From Paraphysomonas bandaiensis (Eukaryota; Protista; Chrysophyceae): 64,000 nucleotides of DNA. The stretch covers positions 89,900 through 153,899 of the forward strand of contig CBFFRP010000016.1 in NCBI GenBank assembly GCA_965644295.1, given 5' to 3'. Position 1 is the first letter of the stretch. Each line of letters starts with the position of its first letter. A program made the position numbers and the translations under genes. This document shows, piece after piece, positions 39,007-52,716 of this stretch. Below the pieces are notes generated by a model. That model made no database searches and was not told the DNA's origin. It saw only the letters and a program-made list of their open reading frames with translations.

Positions 39007-39737
39007 ATGAAACTTTTCCTTGACAGCTCAACTAACTTACTGGTCGACAGGTATACTACACGATATATGCACGTATGTAGAGGATAGAAGGTACTGCATC
39101 AATAATACAATGCACCCCTCATGAAGTGTGATGAGTCAATACGTAAAGACCGTGATATAGTTCTATCTGGGCGCTCTTGAATCCAGTTCTTATGCATGTA
39201 TGTATGTATGTGTATCTCTGTGATAGAATACCACACTACACACTCCACACTACACAGATACGAAAAGCATGCTGCAAGCACTGGAACACTCGTCCTCCTA
39301 AAGTGCTGTACGAGTGCTGTACTGTACGTCATACAGAGCATACAGTGGTTCGTATCGCCGAAACTATGCAGCATATTTAGAAGTATACACTGTATTCCTG
39401 TGCGAAGTGGACACCACATCCTTATCCTGCATATGATCGTATGTTTAGTGCTCTGTGGCGCTGTGTACGGATGGACAGTATATGTATACGTACTCGGTCC
39501 ACTCTATCCGGTGGTGTACGGCTGTATCTGTGTGTACACACATGTCTGTGTGTGTGTCTGTGTGTGTGTGTGTGTGTGTGTGTTGATCTTGTAATTTAAA
39601 TTTATTTCAGTGAGCTGAGTTTCAAAGATATGACAATAACCGCTACAGCAAGCACATCCATGCGCCCCACTGGCTCTCCCTATCTACACTTCATCTCTAG
39701 CTGGATAGTCGTCTTATAGTCGAGTAGTTGAGCTCAA

Positions 39738-40852
39738 ATGAAACGTAAAATAGCCGAAACTGAAAACATTTCCAAGAAGAGCTCTGCGATGCGTAACTGC
39801 TCTACACGACAGGTTCATATGCATATGTTAGCAGTAATCATATCATAATATACTCATAGAGATCGCCGATATTGCTGAGGTCTAGAAAAACACTCACTTC
39901 TGTTGGAAATCTGTCCCATTCAGTGGCTAAGAGGCGTCTCTCATCTGAAATTGCGGATAAGACCTCTATAGAGGTATCTCTGATATACCAGTCTTTTATG
40001 TTGTTTTATTTCTATTTAGAAAAGCGACATTCCGATTGGTATGGACAGTAAACTAACAGTTGAACTCCACAGTGACTCCCATGTCACTCCTGCTTCAAAC
40101 AAATTCTTGTCTTGTTTACAAGTGTCCGACGATATCTCTTCTCCATGTGGGACTAATTTAATTCATTTACTTAAAAGGGCTATCAGTGTAGAGGAACTGG
40201 ATGATACCAGCTGGCTAAGTTCCAATATGATCGATTTGGTCATCTCACAATTCGCGAAGTGGTATCCAGAAGTTGACTTTCTCTCAATTGATTTTGTACC
40301 CTTGGCGCTTAACCCAAATAATCACCACAACTTTGAAGATATCACAGATATACTAGGCCATAGGCTAACGTACGATGGCCGGAGGCCAATCGTCCTACTC
40401 TGTAACAATGGCAATATACATTGGACACTAATACGAGTGCTATTTCTTCCAGTTCCTGAACTTCAACTTTACGAACCTATGGGAAAACCTCCTAACCGAA
40501 CTGGACAGTTAAGTTTTCGCTATGTCCCGCGAAATGTGATTAAGTGGTTGGATACTTGTTGTCCACTATCTGGCGGTAGGACTTGGCTGTCAGTGACCAC
40601 AAGTGCGGTGACATCCCAGCATCAGTACACGTCGTTTGACTGCGGCGTGGCATGCTTATTATATGCTGAAAAGTGTGGCCTGGGCGAGGTATATAATGAA
40701 TTGAATTCTGCATTATTATTGTATAAGTTTTGTGACTTTTAATGACAACCGCTTTGTAGGATAAAGAGACGATTAATGCTTCCACAACTCAACACGACAT
40801 CACCGTCTACCGTGGATACTTACAGGAATTTATTAAGAGAATGAAGGTGTAA
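39738..40852 (+). CDS. ULP1/SENP-family (C48) cysteine protease, probably 4 exons
   Basis: WLSSNMID, NIHWTLI, YEPMG and QYTSFDCGV (His/acid/Cys triad plus oxyanion Gln). Upstream exons splice in frame from MKRKIAE; last exon ends ...KRMKV. Confidence 0.8.
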
Positions 40853-41499
40853 ATTCTTCCGTAAATCATTTTAAGTTAGTGTATAGTACTCTTTCGTTTA
40901 GTTGGTTGGTAGTTTCCCCAGTATATTAGTGCTTTTTATGTATTAGTGATTATCTTTCTGTACATACTAAATTGAAAAGAGAAATTGCACACTGGTAGTA
41001 GAAAATCCTAGAGACCCTTACTTATCTTTAAATAGTGTAAAGAAGTTGGATTTACATATAAATTAACACCGATTTCTTATTTTAGAGGTACCTACTTGCT
41101 TGATATGTAAACCAAAAAACATACGACCTCTATGGACTATGGAAGAGTTATTATAGAATGTCGTTGAAATGCAATATTTACCAGTTGGGTCCGGTGCTAG
41201 CACGCTAACACTGCAAGCACGGGCTGAAGAAAGAGCAAGTTTCCACTGTCAACCCATTGAAAAAACGTCATAAGTGTAATGAATGTGTAGTTACGTGGTC
41301 ACGATTCCTAGAGTCTCATATTTAACTTAATTAGCATTAAAGGGGGGACCACACTATCCATTGTGAGCGATAATATCATGTTAGGTATTAATGGCCTCCA
41401 TAATAGCCGGGAACTAGGCAACTTCTAATGAGCTATTAATGTACATGCGATCTGACTAAGTATTACCTTCACAATCGGTACTACGATCGAAATATCAGT

Positions 41500-41825
41500 G
41501 TGGTACAAGGAACGCAAATAACAAACAAGTGTCACTTGTGTTAGAGTCTTTGGTCTTTGGGCCTTGACGAAAAAAACAGGCATCCGGAAATGGGCCCAAC
41601 TTACGGATAACCGGGGTATTAAGCTGTCTGATGAAGTCAAGCATCCGGGCTAGTTCACCTTAAGGAAGAGAGCGACAGAGGTTGCATCTTTGTGCTTGCG
41701 GTGACGCACAAGCAGCTGTCGTAGTGACAAATAGTAGGATATAAGAGTTAAGCACTAGTTAGGTAAATTGAAATGCTACTTTAGTTCTGACTCTTACATG
41801 CCTATAGCAAATAATCAGACTTTCA
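41500..41825 (+). repeat. Dispersed structured repeat family, copy 5
   Basis: Aligns to copy 1 from CAAGG...GTGTC through TAGTTCTGACTCTTAC. Confidence 0.85.
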
Positions 41826-42278
41826 GAACGTAGAGTTGTTCTCATCGACTAAGAGTTTTGAATGGCATGGCGATTTGCTACTCAATTGGCTGCGAGTGGG
41901 CAGAACATTATCTGCTGACTATATATACGGCTCACGTAAGTTACCCGGAGAAATCTCTCCGGCACTTATCCCCCAGAACACCACGAAAAGGCGAGAGTAT
42001 GTATTACACATGTTCGGAACCTGTAAGATATTATAATACACAATACCGTAATTATTTCTGCAGCTTAGTTAAAGACTCTAAAGCTCTTAGGGGTTGTTCT
42101 GCCACGTATCGTAGCCAAATTGGAATATATTCGCACTAGCAGGTCAAAGAAGGCATGGCACAAAATTTAAACTATCTTTTACTAGCGTAAACGCCATACT
42201 AATTATTGGAAATATCATTACATTATCGAGCACAGTCATCAAGTATGATTCCATCTACAACAAAGCTGACTTCCATCT

Positions 42279-45200
42279 CTAACTTTGCAATACACCTACA
42301 GGAATTTTCATCAACTTTCCCTGATTACCGACTAGCATAAATATTTCCGGGTCACCATCAGCATTAACGTGGAAGCTAGACGAGAATACGTATTCGTCTG
42401 CTGCTATCGTAGTCTTCACTACATTTCCATCAGACGCGGAGAGGGTAAAGAACTGCCCAATGCTGGTAAGGACACAAACTCTGCCACCTTCACTGCTTTT
42501 AAAGTAAACCACAAGCGAACCAGGAACCACAGTGGCCGGGAGAGCACCAAGGCTTAGTTGAGTCACAGGAAGTGAGGAATTCCACTCAATAAGTGATGGC
42601 ATAGATTCACCGCAGCATAATTGGGCCAGATCCTTTGGTTCCACTGGCACGGTTTCTTTGGCGGAGATATCAGATAGCTTTATGCAGTAAACAGCCTCGT
42701 TTCTACCGGTCGGAGTACTAGTGTATACGACAACATGTGTCTCAGTTTCGTCGTCACGAATAAAACAGGCAGATGAGCCTAAGAACTGGTCCATACGCCC
42801 GGACGAGGGATGATATATAGACACGATACACGAAGTCACAGCCTCTGTATATGACGGTACTCCTCCACTTGGAGTCAATCGTGCACACGTTACCATAATG
42901 AACCACCCAGATGTTGAGGAAATAACATCTAGTACTTTCCTTTCAGCCCATCTACATGAAAGATAATATAAATGATATTTATAGTAAACGTATGCAACTC
43001 ATACCTCTTCGGGTCAAGAACATCAATCCTATCGACGATCTTAACGGGACGAGATGACTGTACAGCAGGAACACTAACATCCCACGAGAAAAGGGAGCCG
43101 GAAGTCACGAGCAGTACCTTATTCGGGCCGTCGAAGAGCCAATATACATGAGGCGCAGACATTGGCATCTCAACTATGGTGGTATTTGAGACCACATTCA
43201 TAAGTATTAACTTTTTGGATTTGTAAAAAGCAATTATGCGGCTTTGTGAATCAAGAGTAGGAGCTATGATTGCACTTTCTGCAGATATTGGGTACCTATC
43301 AATCGACAGCTCCTCACCATCTTGAGATGATCCACCATTCGGCATATTGATCACTACAATGCTGTCTTTATCATCAAACGACTGCGCATGATGCGGGGTC
43401 ACTAACGGAAGTCCAGAGGAAAGCGGTCTCCGGCGTATACATCGCACAACTTCTGACACGGATAAGCCCGCGTCAGATAAAGGCCTCGTCGATACCATTT
43501 CATTTGGTTCTATTGGGGCAGACTGGGCAATATCTCCAGAGTCGACGCGCACCACTGAAAGTTGCTTGGTTACGGTTGTTACATCAAAAGAACCTACAGA
43601 TGATCGACGGGACTTAATTGCCTTTTTCGCCGAGGCTGGTGGAGGGGCTAGTCCTCCACCAGGAGGCCTCAAAATACCAGTGGATGGTTTACAACTTTTC
43701 ACAGGAGACTGCTCGGACTCGTTCGTGGGAGCGTTGCCCTCAACAGAATACTTTGACTCTTTACTAGCGGCTGCCGGTTCTTCCTCGTCAACTTTCTCCT
43801 TTTCTTCCTTGGAAGGAGGCAATGCACCGCGAGACTTCGATCGCCCTGGAGGAGGTGCAAGACCAAGACCTTTACTTGGCGCAGACATGACACTAACAGA
43901 CGCACGTCGCCCCTTGGAACGTGGTGGAGCAAGTCCCCCAGGTGCAGGCAATCCTGCAGGCGACGGGAATCCTCCTGGGGATGGAAATCCACCAGGAACT
44001 GGACTTCCTTTAGTTTCATTGTCAGCATCGCTTGATGTTCGGATTCTAGATAAAGGCTGTTTGCTACCTGCTGGAGGGTCATATCCACGGATTTCCAGGG
44101 ATTCCGGAGGAGGACCGAACAACTTCTTACTACCTTTAATGCGGAACTGCATGCGCTTCCTTTTCGAGGCCAACGGAAGATAGTTGTCCCGCATTCCCTC
44201 GATATCAATAGCGGGACGAGAATCCGCCCACACTCTCACCTCAGTCAACCGCCAGCCACTAAGATTGCATCCAACATACATAGTTGTCGTGTTCAAAGCT
44301 TCCTCGTCAAATGACGCACAGTTAAGTACCGCCTTAGTTGACCTATTTCCATTAACAAAGAGCGAAACATTCGCACTTTGCCCATTTCCTCCAGCCGTGT
44401 CCACTACGACGGCAATATGTGTCCAAACAGAAACAGGAATAGCGTCTGTTGGTCCCATGTTTACTTCATGAGGCTCAGTCTTGAGCACTGACATGCCGTC
44501 TTTCCCAAAGGACCAGATAAGAGCGCCGTCGTCGTCTACACTGAGAGTCCATATCGCATTGCTATAGTGATCTTTGTCACCAGATGGCTGGCCACAGCAA
44601 CGCTTCATTAATACATGGCCTTCTGGACCACTTTTTTGACCAACTGCTTCTTCACAACGGAAGATGCTGAGTTCAAGGGTTAGACGATTCCGGTTGCCAT
44701 CTTGATGGTACATTCCCACATCCAGAGCACTCCCTCTACCAACTATCACTCTCATACCAGCCACTGCTATACTTGGATCTGACACAGTATCCTTAGAAAA
44801 TATGAGATCATTCAGACCCTTCACTTTCCCATGATCTTCTCCTGGATCCACAGCAGATGTGGACACCTCCAGTTTAAGCCGTTCTGTAGAGTCAGCAAAA
44901 AGTTCCATAGGTACTGAGTATTTAGAGAGGTCGAATATATTCAGCCGAGCACGTGGCGTTCCAGTAGAAACAAAATCATCTTCGCCCGGGCGAACAATAT
45001 CTGATAACCTCCAATATCCAACGACTTTATCCCACTCCTTACCAGTGCCGACGTCATCCACCCAGGTATCGGGCTTCTCTACACCAGAAGGAAGTATAGC
45101 ATTGTCGTCATCCACAGCTGCAGTCCCAGGGGCTAAACTCTGCAGGCGAGCTCCCCCAGCACTGTCCATAGTTACAACCTCAGGGTACGCTTTCCCAACC

Positions 45201-48200
45201 CAGTCTTCTACAGTGTCCATTGCAAGTATACCGAGTTTGGTCATTGGGCCCAGCCCACCTCTCCTGTTCGCCACATGCAGCCGCTGTGCTTTGTCAGTTG
45301 CCATAAGGTCTATTGCGGGACACTTGGGGTTGTATGATGAGTTAGGCAGTGGGGAAGTCAGTGGCATCGTCGTCATTCGTCTATCTGCATTGCCTATTCC
45401 CAAAACAGGAACACAAAAATCCTCATCTTCATCTGTCATTGTGCTAATAATCTGCGCCAGACCACCACTTTTTCCTTTCAACGCGACCAGTAAGTTCTCA
45501 ATGTCCGGGGCCCTACTTCCCGCTTTGTTCTCAGACTGGATTAATAAAGCAAGTAGTACATCATCTCCCGCTAGGTCCGCTAACTTTCGGGCCATATCCA
45601 GTTGCCCGAGTGAAGCCATGACGTACGCACCGGCAGAGAATTGCCGTGCACACGCACTATTTCTGTGTGGTAGAGTACCCCCACCATAGGACTCAGGATC
45701 AATGAAGAGCTCTTGAAGCTCAGGACGGGCGGAAATTAGATCATTACATGCTTCAGCGAACTTCCCTGCTCTAACTGCTAGTAGGAATTTGGCACCCGGT
45801 GAAATCCATCGGTTGCGCATGAAATCCGCTCCAGTACCTTCATTGGGATTCGCACAGACTCCAGCGGCTATAAGTGCCAGATGAGGAAACCCTGCATCAG
45901 ATACAGCCAGACAAAGGCGACGGGTGGACTGAGACATGGGCAGCGCTCCGCCCTCTGACGAAGCACCTACAAGGGGCTTTGCAGGGATATAGGATATAAA
46001 TAGCGTCTCCAGCAACGAGTTCTTGTAGGATATGATGGTCTCCTCTGCTAATACAGCACTAGGGGCAGGAATAGCAGTTATTGGCTGAGTGGCAAAAGGA
46101 TCCACCGGTGCCTTGTTACGTTTGAGTTCTATTTTAGGAAGAGGTAGATGGAGTAGTGCCAAAGCCAATGGTTCAACGGGAAGACAGGGACGGCACATCA
46201 AAGAAACATACGACTGCCCCGCGACATCTGTAACTGAAGCATAAAGCAAGCGGTCCGGGAGACACCCAATAAGTCTGAGATAACCACTACGCGCTTGGTC
46301 ATGAGAAAGTGTGCATAGGCGTCCACGAGACGTGTCTGACTGAAAGTCCACACCCATTGACCGTGCGAGGCAGTCCATATGTACTGTTCTATGTGAGGAT
46401 ACCAAGTGCGTGTTGCATGGAACAATAAAATCAACCCCTCCTGATTCCAGAGTGAACACGAGGCTGCTGGCAACCCAGCATATGGACAGTGCCCTGTCAG
46501 TTCGGGTAAGAGCGGACTGCTGCAGTCCTTTCCCATCGTTCCAGTACATATTGAGCACACAAAGCTGGGAAGAAAGTATGAGTACTCGATGTGTAGTAAG
46601 CACTCCCACCATGAGACCGCTTGGATCCACCCACATCTGATGACGCGCCGCCGTCGTCTCCGTCTGTGGGAAAGATGTCACAGGGCTCGGCTGCCATAGC
46701 ACTTCTAATATCCTCTCTCCTGGTAAGAATGAAAACTGAGTGGCTGTGCTCGCATCAAACGACATCTCACCCGGCCGAGTGGCATATAGGGTCTGCACTT
46801 CGGAACTGTGCTCGGCATGAGAGCACATGAGAAGCACATTGGGATAATTGATACGGGAAGACCACATATGTGATACGCGCACTGGCAGTTGAGTTCGACG
46901 TCTGTCCACAGCCCTGTCACTCTGAGGAATAAGCTCTACGAACATGCCATCTGTAGATAGGGCCAATATCTCCCACTTTATCCCTTCTGGTGAAGATGTT
47001 TCACCACCAACACAGTAGTATGCTGCGTCCTCATACTGACCAAAGACAGTGTTCATGGTAGAAGTTGCAGCGATGTATTGCACAAAGCATACAGAAGGAA
47101 CAGAACGTAGCTCACCGCCTCCTTCCGCTGATGCCTTAGAGCCATAGTAGGATACTCCAGTAATTAATGCAGTCCAATCACCATTCCCCTCCACGCCACC
47201 GACTACTAAATGGTTTGTCTTAATAACAGTAGGACAAAATAGTCCCGTGATTGCCAAGCTTCCGTTTTCGTCAATGTGTACCCACGTATCTCCGCTTGGT
47301 TTCTCAGCCAGATTAGAAACAGATCCAACCCACACAGCTCCATTTGGCTCTTGAGATGACATGCTAAGTTTAAGTCTATAAAGATTAAAAAAGGAGCACA
47401 TAGGACGCAAAAAGCGGCTCTGTCCGCTGCGTGTGCCCGGTGTGTATACCTCCACTTCAGCCTGAAGCATCAATACTAGTGGCCACCCACCAGTTGTTCC
47501 TGCCGCTCCGGCTTTATTGTGTAGCACCACGTCACCGTCCACATATGCTTCTGGGGGCACCGTGAGTTTCGAAGTTACCGGTGTCAGCCACGTGCATGTC
47601 CGGATCATATCAGAAGAAAGCCCATATGTGTCCATTCTCACAATCTCTCTTCCTGCTCTATCAGAAAGACTATTCGTAGTATGAGAAAGTATTACGACCC
47701 CACCCCCCGTGGGGAGGCAATGTATAGCATACGGTGAGTAATTGAGTGGGTGTTCGGCAATCACCCTCATGTTCGGTTCGAGAAGAGACAGAGCTAACAC
47801 CACAGACTCCCCGCCACCACGAGTGCACAGAGCCAGCACAAAGGGCTCCGATGGATGAATTGTCAGAGATACGACCCTTTCTCCTACCTTCTGAATGAGG
47901 GCATACATACCAAGAGGGGGCTGCTTTGCATCTGAGTTGTTTGGTGTGAATCGAACGTCATAAACACAGATGACGTCACGACGCCCCTCCCCAGCTGACC
48001 ACACCACCGCAGCGATTCGCCCAGCAGGGTCCGTGACTACCTCCCGCGCACTAGTATGATTTTCCTTCTTCGCTGATGGAAGAAGAAGGCCAACTGGAGT
48101 GATTGAATACTTAGAGGATTTGCGGAGCGAGGTTGCATGTTCCGACGCAGTGTCGTCTGCATCAACGTCATCAATTTGCATTCCATCCCCACCTGCGCTG

Positions 48201-48775
48201 TCATCCTCACCACTTTTCATGACAAGAGACTTTCGCAAACTAGAATAATTCCAAATCTGTACATTACCTCGTGCATAACATACAAAAAGAAAGGGTTTGG
48301 TAGGATGGCATGATATACTCGTTATACTCTCTCGATTGCGTTCACCGAGGAGATCCATCCGTATCGGTGACGATGATGTTGCATCGGAACTTGACAGATA
48401 TATTGCAGTCAGAGATGCACTCGTTTTATAAGCCACAAAGAACATGCTATCTCGTGCTTTGGAGGCACATATATGAGATATCTTCTGATTTCTACTCTTG
48501 GAACTGACTCGACATATGGTTGAAGACTTCTCCATATCAAAGTACAGCACCGGGCCTGTGGATGAGTACACCATAAGCTTCATCCCACATACGCATATCC
48601 CAGATACATCAGAGGTGTCAAGGGAGGAGTGCAGGGGACGAATACATCCCTCTATTAGCCCGGAGGACATCTCGATTACATCCATACCAGAGGCGTCTCT
48701 TCTATTAGCTATTAGTTTATCTTCACTGACCACTACAGGGCCCCTGAAGGACGAAGAATTGCGAAGATAAAACAT
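42279..48775 (-). CDS. TSET/TPLATE-complex TTRAY/TWD40-like scaffold with LamG-like and clathrin terminal-domain-like C-terminal modules (intron 42952-43004)
   Basis: Coatomer-type WD40 (CHPTKPFLFVCYARGNVQIWNY). TWD40-like motifs SICWVASSLVF, IGCLPDRLL, EPLALAL and GQLDMAR. LamG-like VGYWRL, WTHIAVVV, LFVNG and EVRVW. Clathrin-like PISAESAIIAP...PVKIVDR. Confidence 0.75.
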
Positions 48776-48897
48776 CGGGGCAGTGGGGTTATGCCCTGTG
48801 TGTAATATGAAACAACCCCAATGAACACCTCTCTGAATATATATATATATATAAGGAGACATAATACACCCACACAAAGGATCGTATCATACATCTG

Positions 48898-49100
48898 TGT
48901 ATGTATGTGTATGTATGTATGTATGTATGTATGTATGTATGTATGTATGCATGTATGTATGTATGTATGTATGTATGTATGTATGTATGTATGTATGTAT
49001 GTATGTATGTATGTATGTATGTATGTATGTATGTATGTATGTATGTATGTATGTATGTATGTATGTATGTATGTATGTATGTATGTATGTATGTATGTAT
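48898..49100. repeat. (TATG)n microsatellite between divergent genes
   Basis: Direct reading of the sequence. Confidence 0.98.
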
Positions 49101-49198
49101 ATATGAAGCAGGACCACAAGAATATTATCATCCAGTTATCTCGTATCGCATTCAATCATAAGTTGTCACATTCATTCCATTACCTCTTTTCTATCCCC

Positions 49199-50898
49199 AT
49201 GTCTGAACCTATACTTGGAGATATGGTGAGCGATAAAGCTATCAGCAAGAGGAAGAAGAGGAAGCTCGAGCAGCTGACTCCCGATCAGCTGGCTGCTTAT
49301 AATTTGGGTGCCTTCCTCACTACATGCTGTAAGGTAAGCTCTTAATAGATGACTGTGATGATTAGAAGATGGCTGAATTCATGTAATGTGACTGTTTATT
49401 TGCAGGATCTGAATCTGGAGGGTGCTGTTGAGGCGTATAAGAAGGCTAAGAGTAACGGTATCTATCCTCCGAAAGATTCCTTCAATCATCTATTGGCTCT
49501 AGCGGCGGGACTTGGAGAGCAGGGATCGGGAAGCTTCCCTGTTAGGGAGCAAGATCCACCGAGTGACATTGAGGCTGCATTCATGGTGTTTGAAGATGCC
49601 AGACGTGCAGGAGCTGCTATTCAAGAAGCTCCCTATAGCGGACTTATTCGCTGCTGCTCTACCCATGGGCGTAAGGAGGATGGCCTGAAATTACTGCGTG
49701 AGATGCAAGGAGCAAATATTACCCCACGAAATCGCACGTACAGTTCTCTTTTATCTGCTTATTGTGCTAGCGGCGAAGAACCTATCAGTGCGCAACTGTT
49801 TGAAGAGATGACGAGTAAATACAATCTCCAGCCACTGGAAAAAGACTATTTGTCAATTCTTCGACTAAGTGTAGATGTCAACAATTCGTCTCGTTTTTAC
49901 CGCACATTACATGGGCTCATGGAGGATATTCTTGTTCCATCGAAAGAGTTGTGGGGTGTTTTGACGGCTTGGTTCTCTCAGGACGACAGGAAGGATAGAT
50001 TTTCTATTCAAGAATGCCCTGTAGATCCGTGCGGCCACATTTCGGCCTGCGAATATACGTTGCGTTCGATTGAGCTGCGGGATAAAGAAAAACGGCTACT
50101 CCTTGGGGAAATAGAGAAAGGTGTGCTAACCGATGAACCCAGCAGAAGGCGGAAGAATGTTGGAGAGAAGTGGGAGGCCTTCAAACGATGGCTAGAAAAT
50201 CAAACAGAACAAAAAACATTTGATGTCATTTTAGATGGAGCCAATATAGGGTATTATCAGCAAAATTTTGCTGAAGCAACAGGGCGCATAGACTACTTTC
50301 AAATTGAGGCAATGGTTCAATTGCTGCGGAGTATGGGAAGGCACCCCATGATTGTGCTCCATTGCCGTCATCTCTTTGCAGATGTCTTGCCTGACCAATG
50401 CAAAGGTATCGTCGACAAATGGAAAGAGGACAAGATATTGTATACAACTCCTGCAGGGTGTAATGATGATACTTTCTGGCTTTACGCCACTGTGTTCCGT
50501 GGATGTGATGTAGTGACTATCGACGAAATGCGTGACCATCATTTCTCCATGCTTAGCCCCAGGTATGGCATGCGTATATAAATGCATCAGTGGCTTGTGA
50601 CTGGTTTGTACGCAGGTGGTTCCTACGATGGAAGGAAAGGCACCAAATCAAGTTCACTTTTGGAAAGCTTACCAACACACTCTCTTCAGGAACACATGGC
50701 CAAAGACTCCGTGAAGTAGAAATAGCTGTACCGCCTCCATATTCTCGCCGAATACAAAAATATGAGGTAACAAGTGGAATAAATAATCAAACTGAGGCCG
50801 CACCTGTTGACGATGTAGAAGCACTAGGCTATTTTGTACCAGCAGAGGGAAGCGAACTCTGGATGTGCATAACACCAAAAAATAAGACAGATAGCTAA
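49199..50898 (+). CDS. PRORP: Protein-only RNase P (PPR plus NYN metallonuclease), 3 exons
   Basis: PPR-like repeats (YSGLIRCC; PRNRTYSSLLSAYC), zinc-site CxxC, DGANIG, NDDTFWLYA, VTIDEMRDHHF and FLRWKERHQ; KRKKRK near the N-terminus. Confidence 0.92.
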
Positions 50899-51553
50899 TA
50901 AAATTTATGCTTATGGTACCCCTTCCCTAATAATATCGATATTCTTGCATTCGACTCCCTCAATCAAATGGTGTTTATATGTTATCTTGTGAATAAGCTG
51001 GAACGTTAGAATTGGAAATTCACTGAAATCATCTTCATCTCTTTGCAGCTGAATCACTTTGATTATTCCATATATCACACAAATTTAAACCGCATTTCAA
51101 TATAATGCTATGATAAAAAAGTAATATCTTCTGCATATATTGCATCCCAACAGAGCTCTGCGCCATATATATTCAAACACAGACATAGTTTGCCCTGTGC
51201 TACTTTATTCTAAGTAATCTATGGCAGGAATCTCGCTAGTAGTCTATGTAGTTGATATAATCTTAACCGATAGTAAAGTCTACTACACACTACACTACCA
51301 AAATACGATACAGCTCACAACATATTTTCATATCGGAGAGAAAACTAATTATTCAAATTTTCACTTTGACATCAATAATATCTATTTCTGAATAAGAAAA
51401 CAAGCCACAACACAACGAGGTAACACTACGATAAACATTATCACGATGACTTATAAAACTCTCCCGAGATCATATCGCAATACCTATAGTCGATACCATA
51501 TGTAGATATGTGGTGCTTCGAAGTCGCACAACACATCGTTTTCGCAAATATCA

Positions 51554-52286
51554 TTACGGGGCCGCTGGATCCATCGCAATTTCATCGAGAATGCTCTTAA
51601 TTTCTTCCCATATTTCTTCCTTAGGTCTGTCGCCGTCAACAGCAAGCATCACAGACTCGTAAAATGGGACAATGTCTGACATGTTTTCATGATACGTTTT
51701 TATTCTTGTAGTTACCTTTTCCACAGTATCATCATCTCTCTGAACCAATCTTTGTCTTATTTCGTCATCATTGGGAGGATCAAACATCAAATGATAAATT
51801 TTCCCAGTCTCTGGATCCGACCTTCTACCAGCCACACGCTCCACCAAAACAGAATCAGGGACATCCAACAAAATAAATGCATCGCATCTCACTCCATGCG
51901 ATTTCAATGCCTCAGCTTGGCGTTTGGTTCTCGGAAATCCATCCATCAACCACCCTCTCTCTTGACAATCGTGCTCTTTGATTCTGTCGAGGACGATGTC
52001 AATGATGGCATCATCAGGTACCAGTTCACCATTATCCAAAAACGATTTAACGAATTGGCCTATTTCAGTCTCATCAGAAGCTGCCCTTCGCAGCATATCT
52101 CCCGTAGATAGATGTACCAACCCGAATTCGTCTCTGTAAGACAACACACCCTCATGTTTATAGGTTTATAATTATGTTTATGTAGATTGATTGCTTGGAT
52201 ATATATAACCAAACTGACCTTATCTGTTCACATTGAGTTCCTTTCCCACCAGCAGGGGGGCCTGCTACGATCACAGATAGTGGCAT
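51554..52286 (-). CDS. adk: Adenylate kinase, 2 exons
   Basis: P-loop GPPAGGKGTQ in exon 1; HLSTGDMLR, GWLMDGFPRT and LVQRDDD in exon 2. Confidence 0.95.
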
Positions 52287-52716
52287 ATTCAACTGCGGCT
52301 TCCTATTGCTTGGTCTCTAGATATGAAGGTGAAGATATGGAGGTGTGTGTCAGTCTCATATGAATTATTTTGGATTGGATAGAATTTTTCTATATGATTT
52401 TTGCCGCTAAAATTGACACTTACGAAATATCGCAACACACTCTGTACACTGCTGTATATCTATTCATAAAATCCCATATTCCCCATTAGTACAACTATCT
52501 GAAAATACAACATATACGACCACAAGTGTAGAAGTACATATGGAAAATATATAGGTACGTAGTCCAAGGTATTCGCCGTATATGAGTTGTAGTGATTGTG
52601 TTCAGTGTTCAGTATGACTGTACAGGAAGTCATCCAGCTGAGCTAACGAAGCATGCAGTCGACAACTGGAGACAGCCATCCACACCACAGTACTTCAAAA
52701 CATCAGGTGAAATATA

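Noticed and set aside
43566-46830. Antisense ORFs overlapping large genes (also inside the REJ, P450 and LIG1 genes)
   Set aside because: Shadow frames of real coding sequence with no independent motifs.
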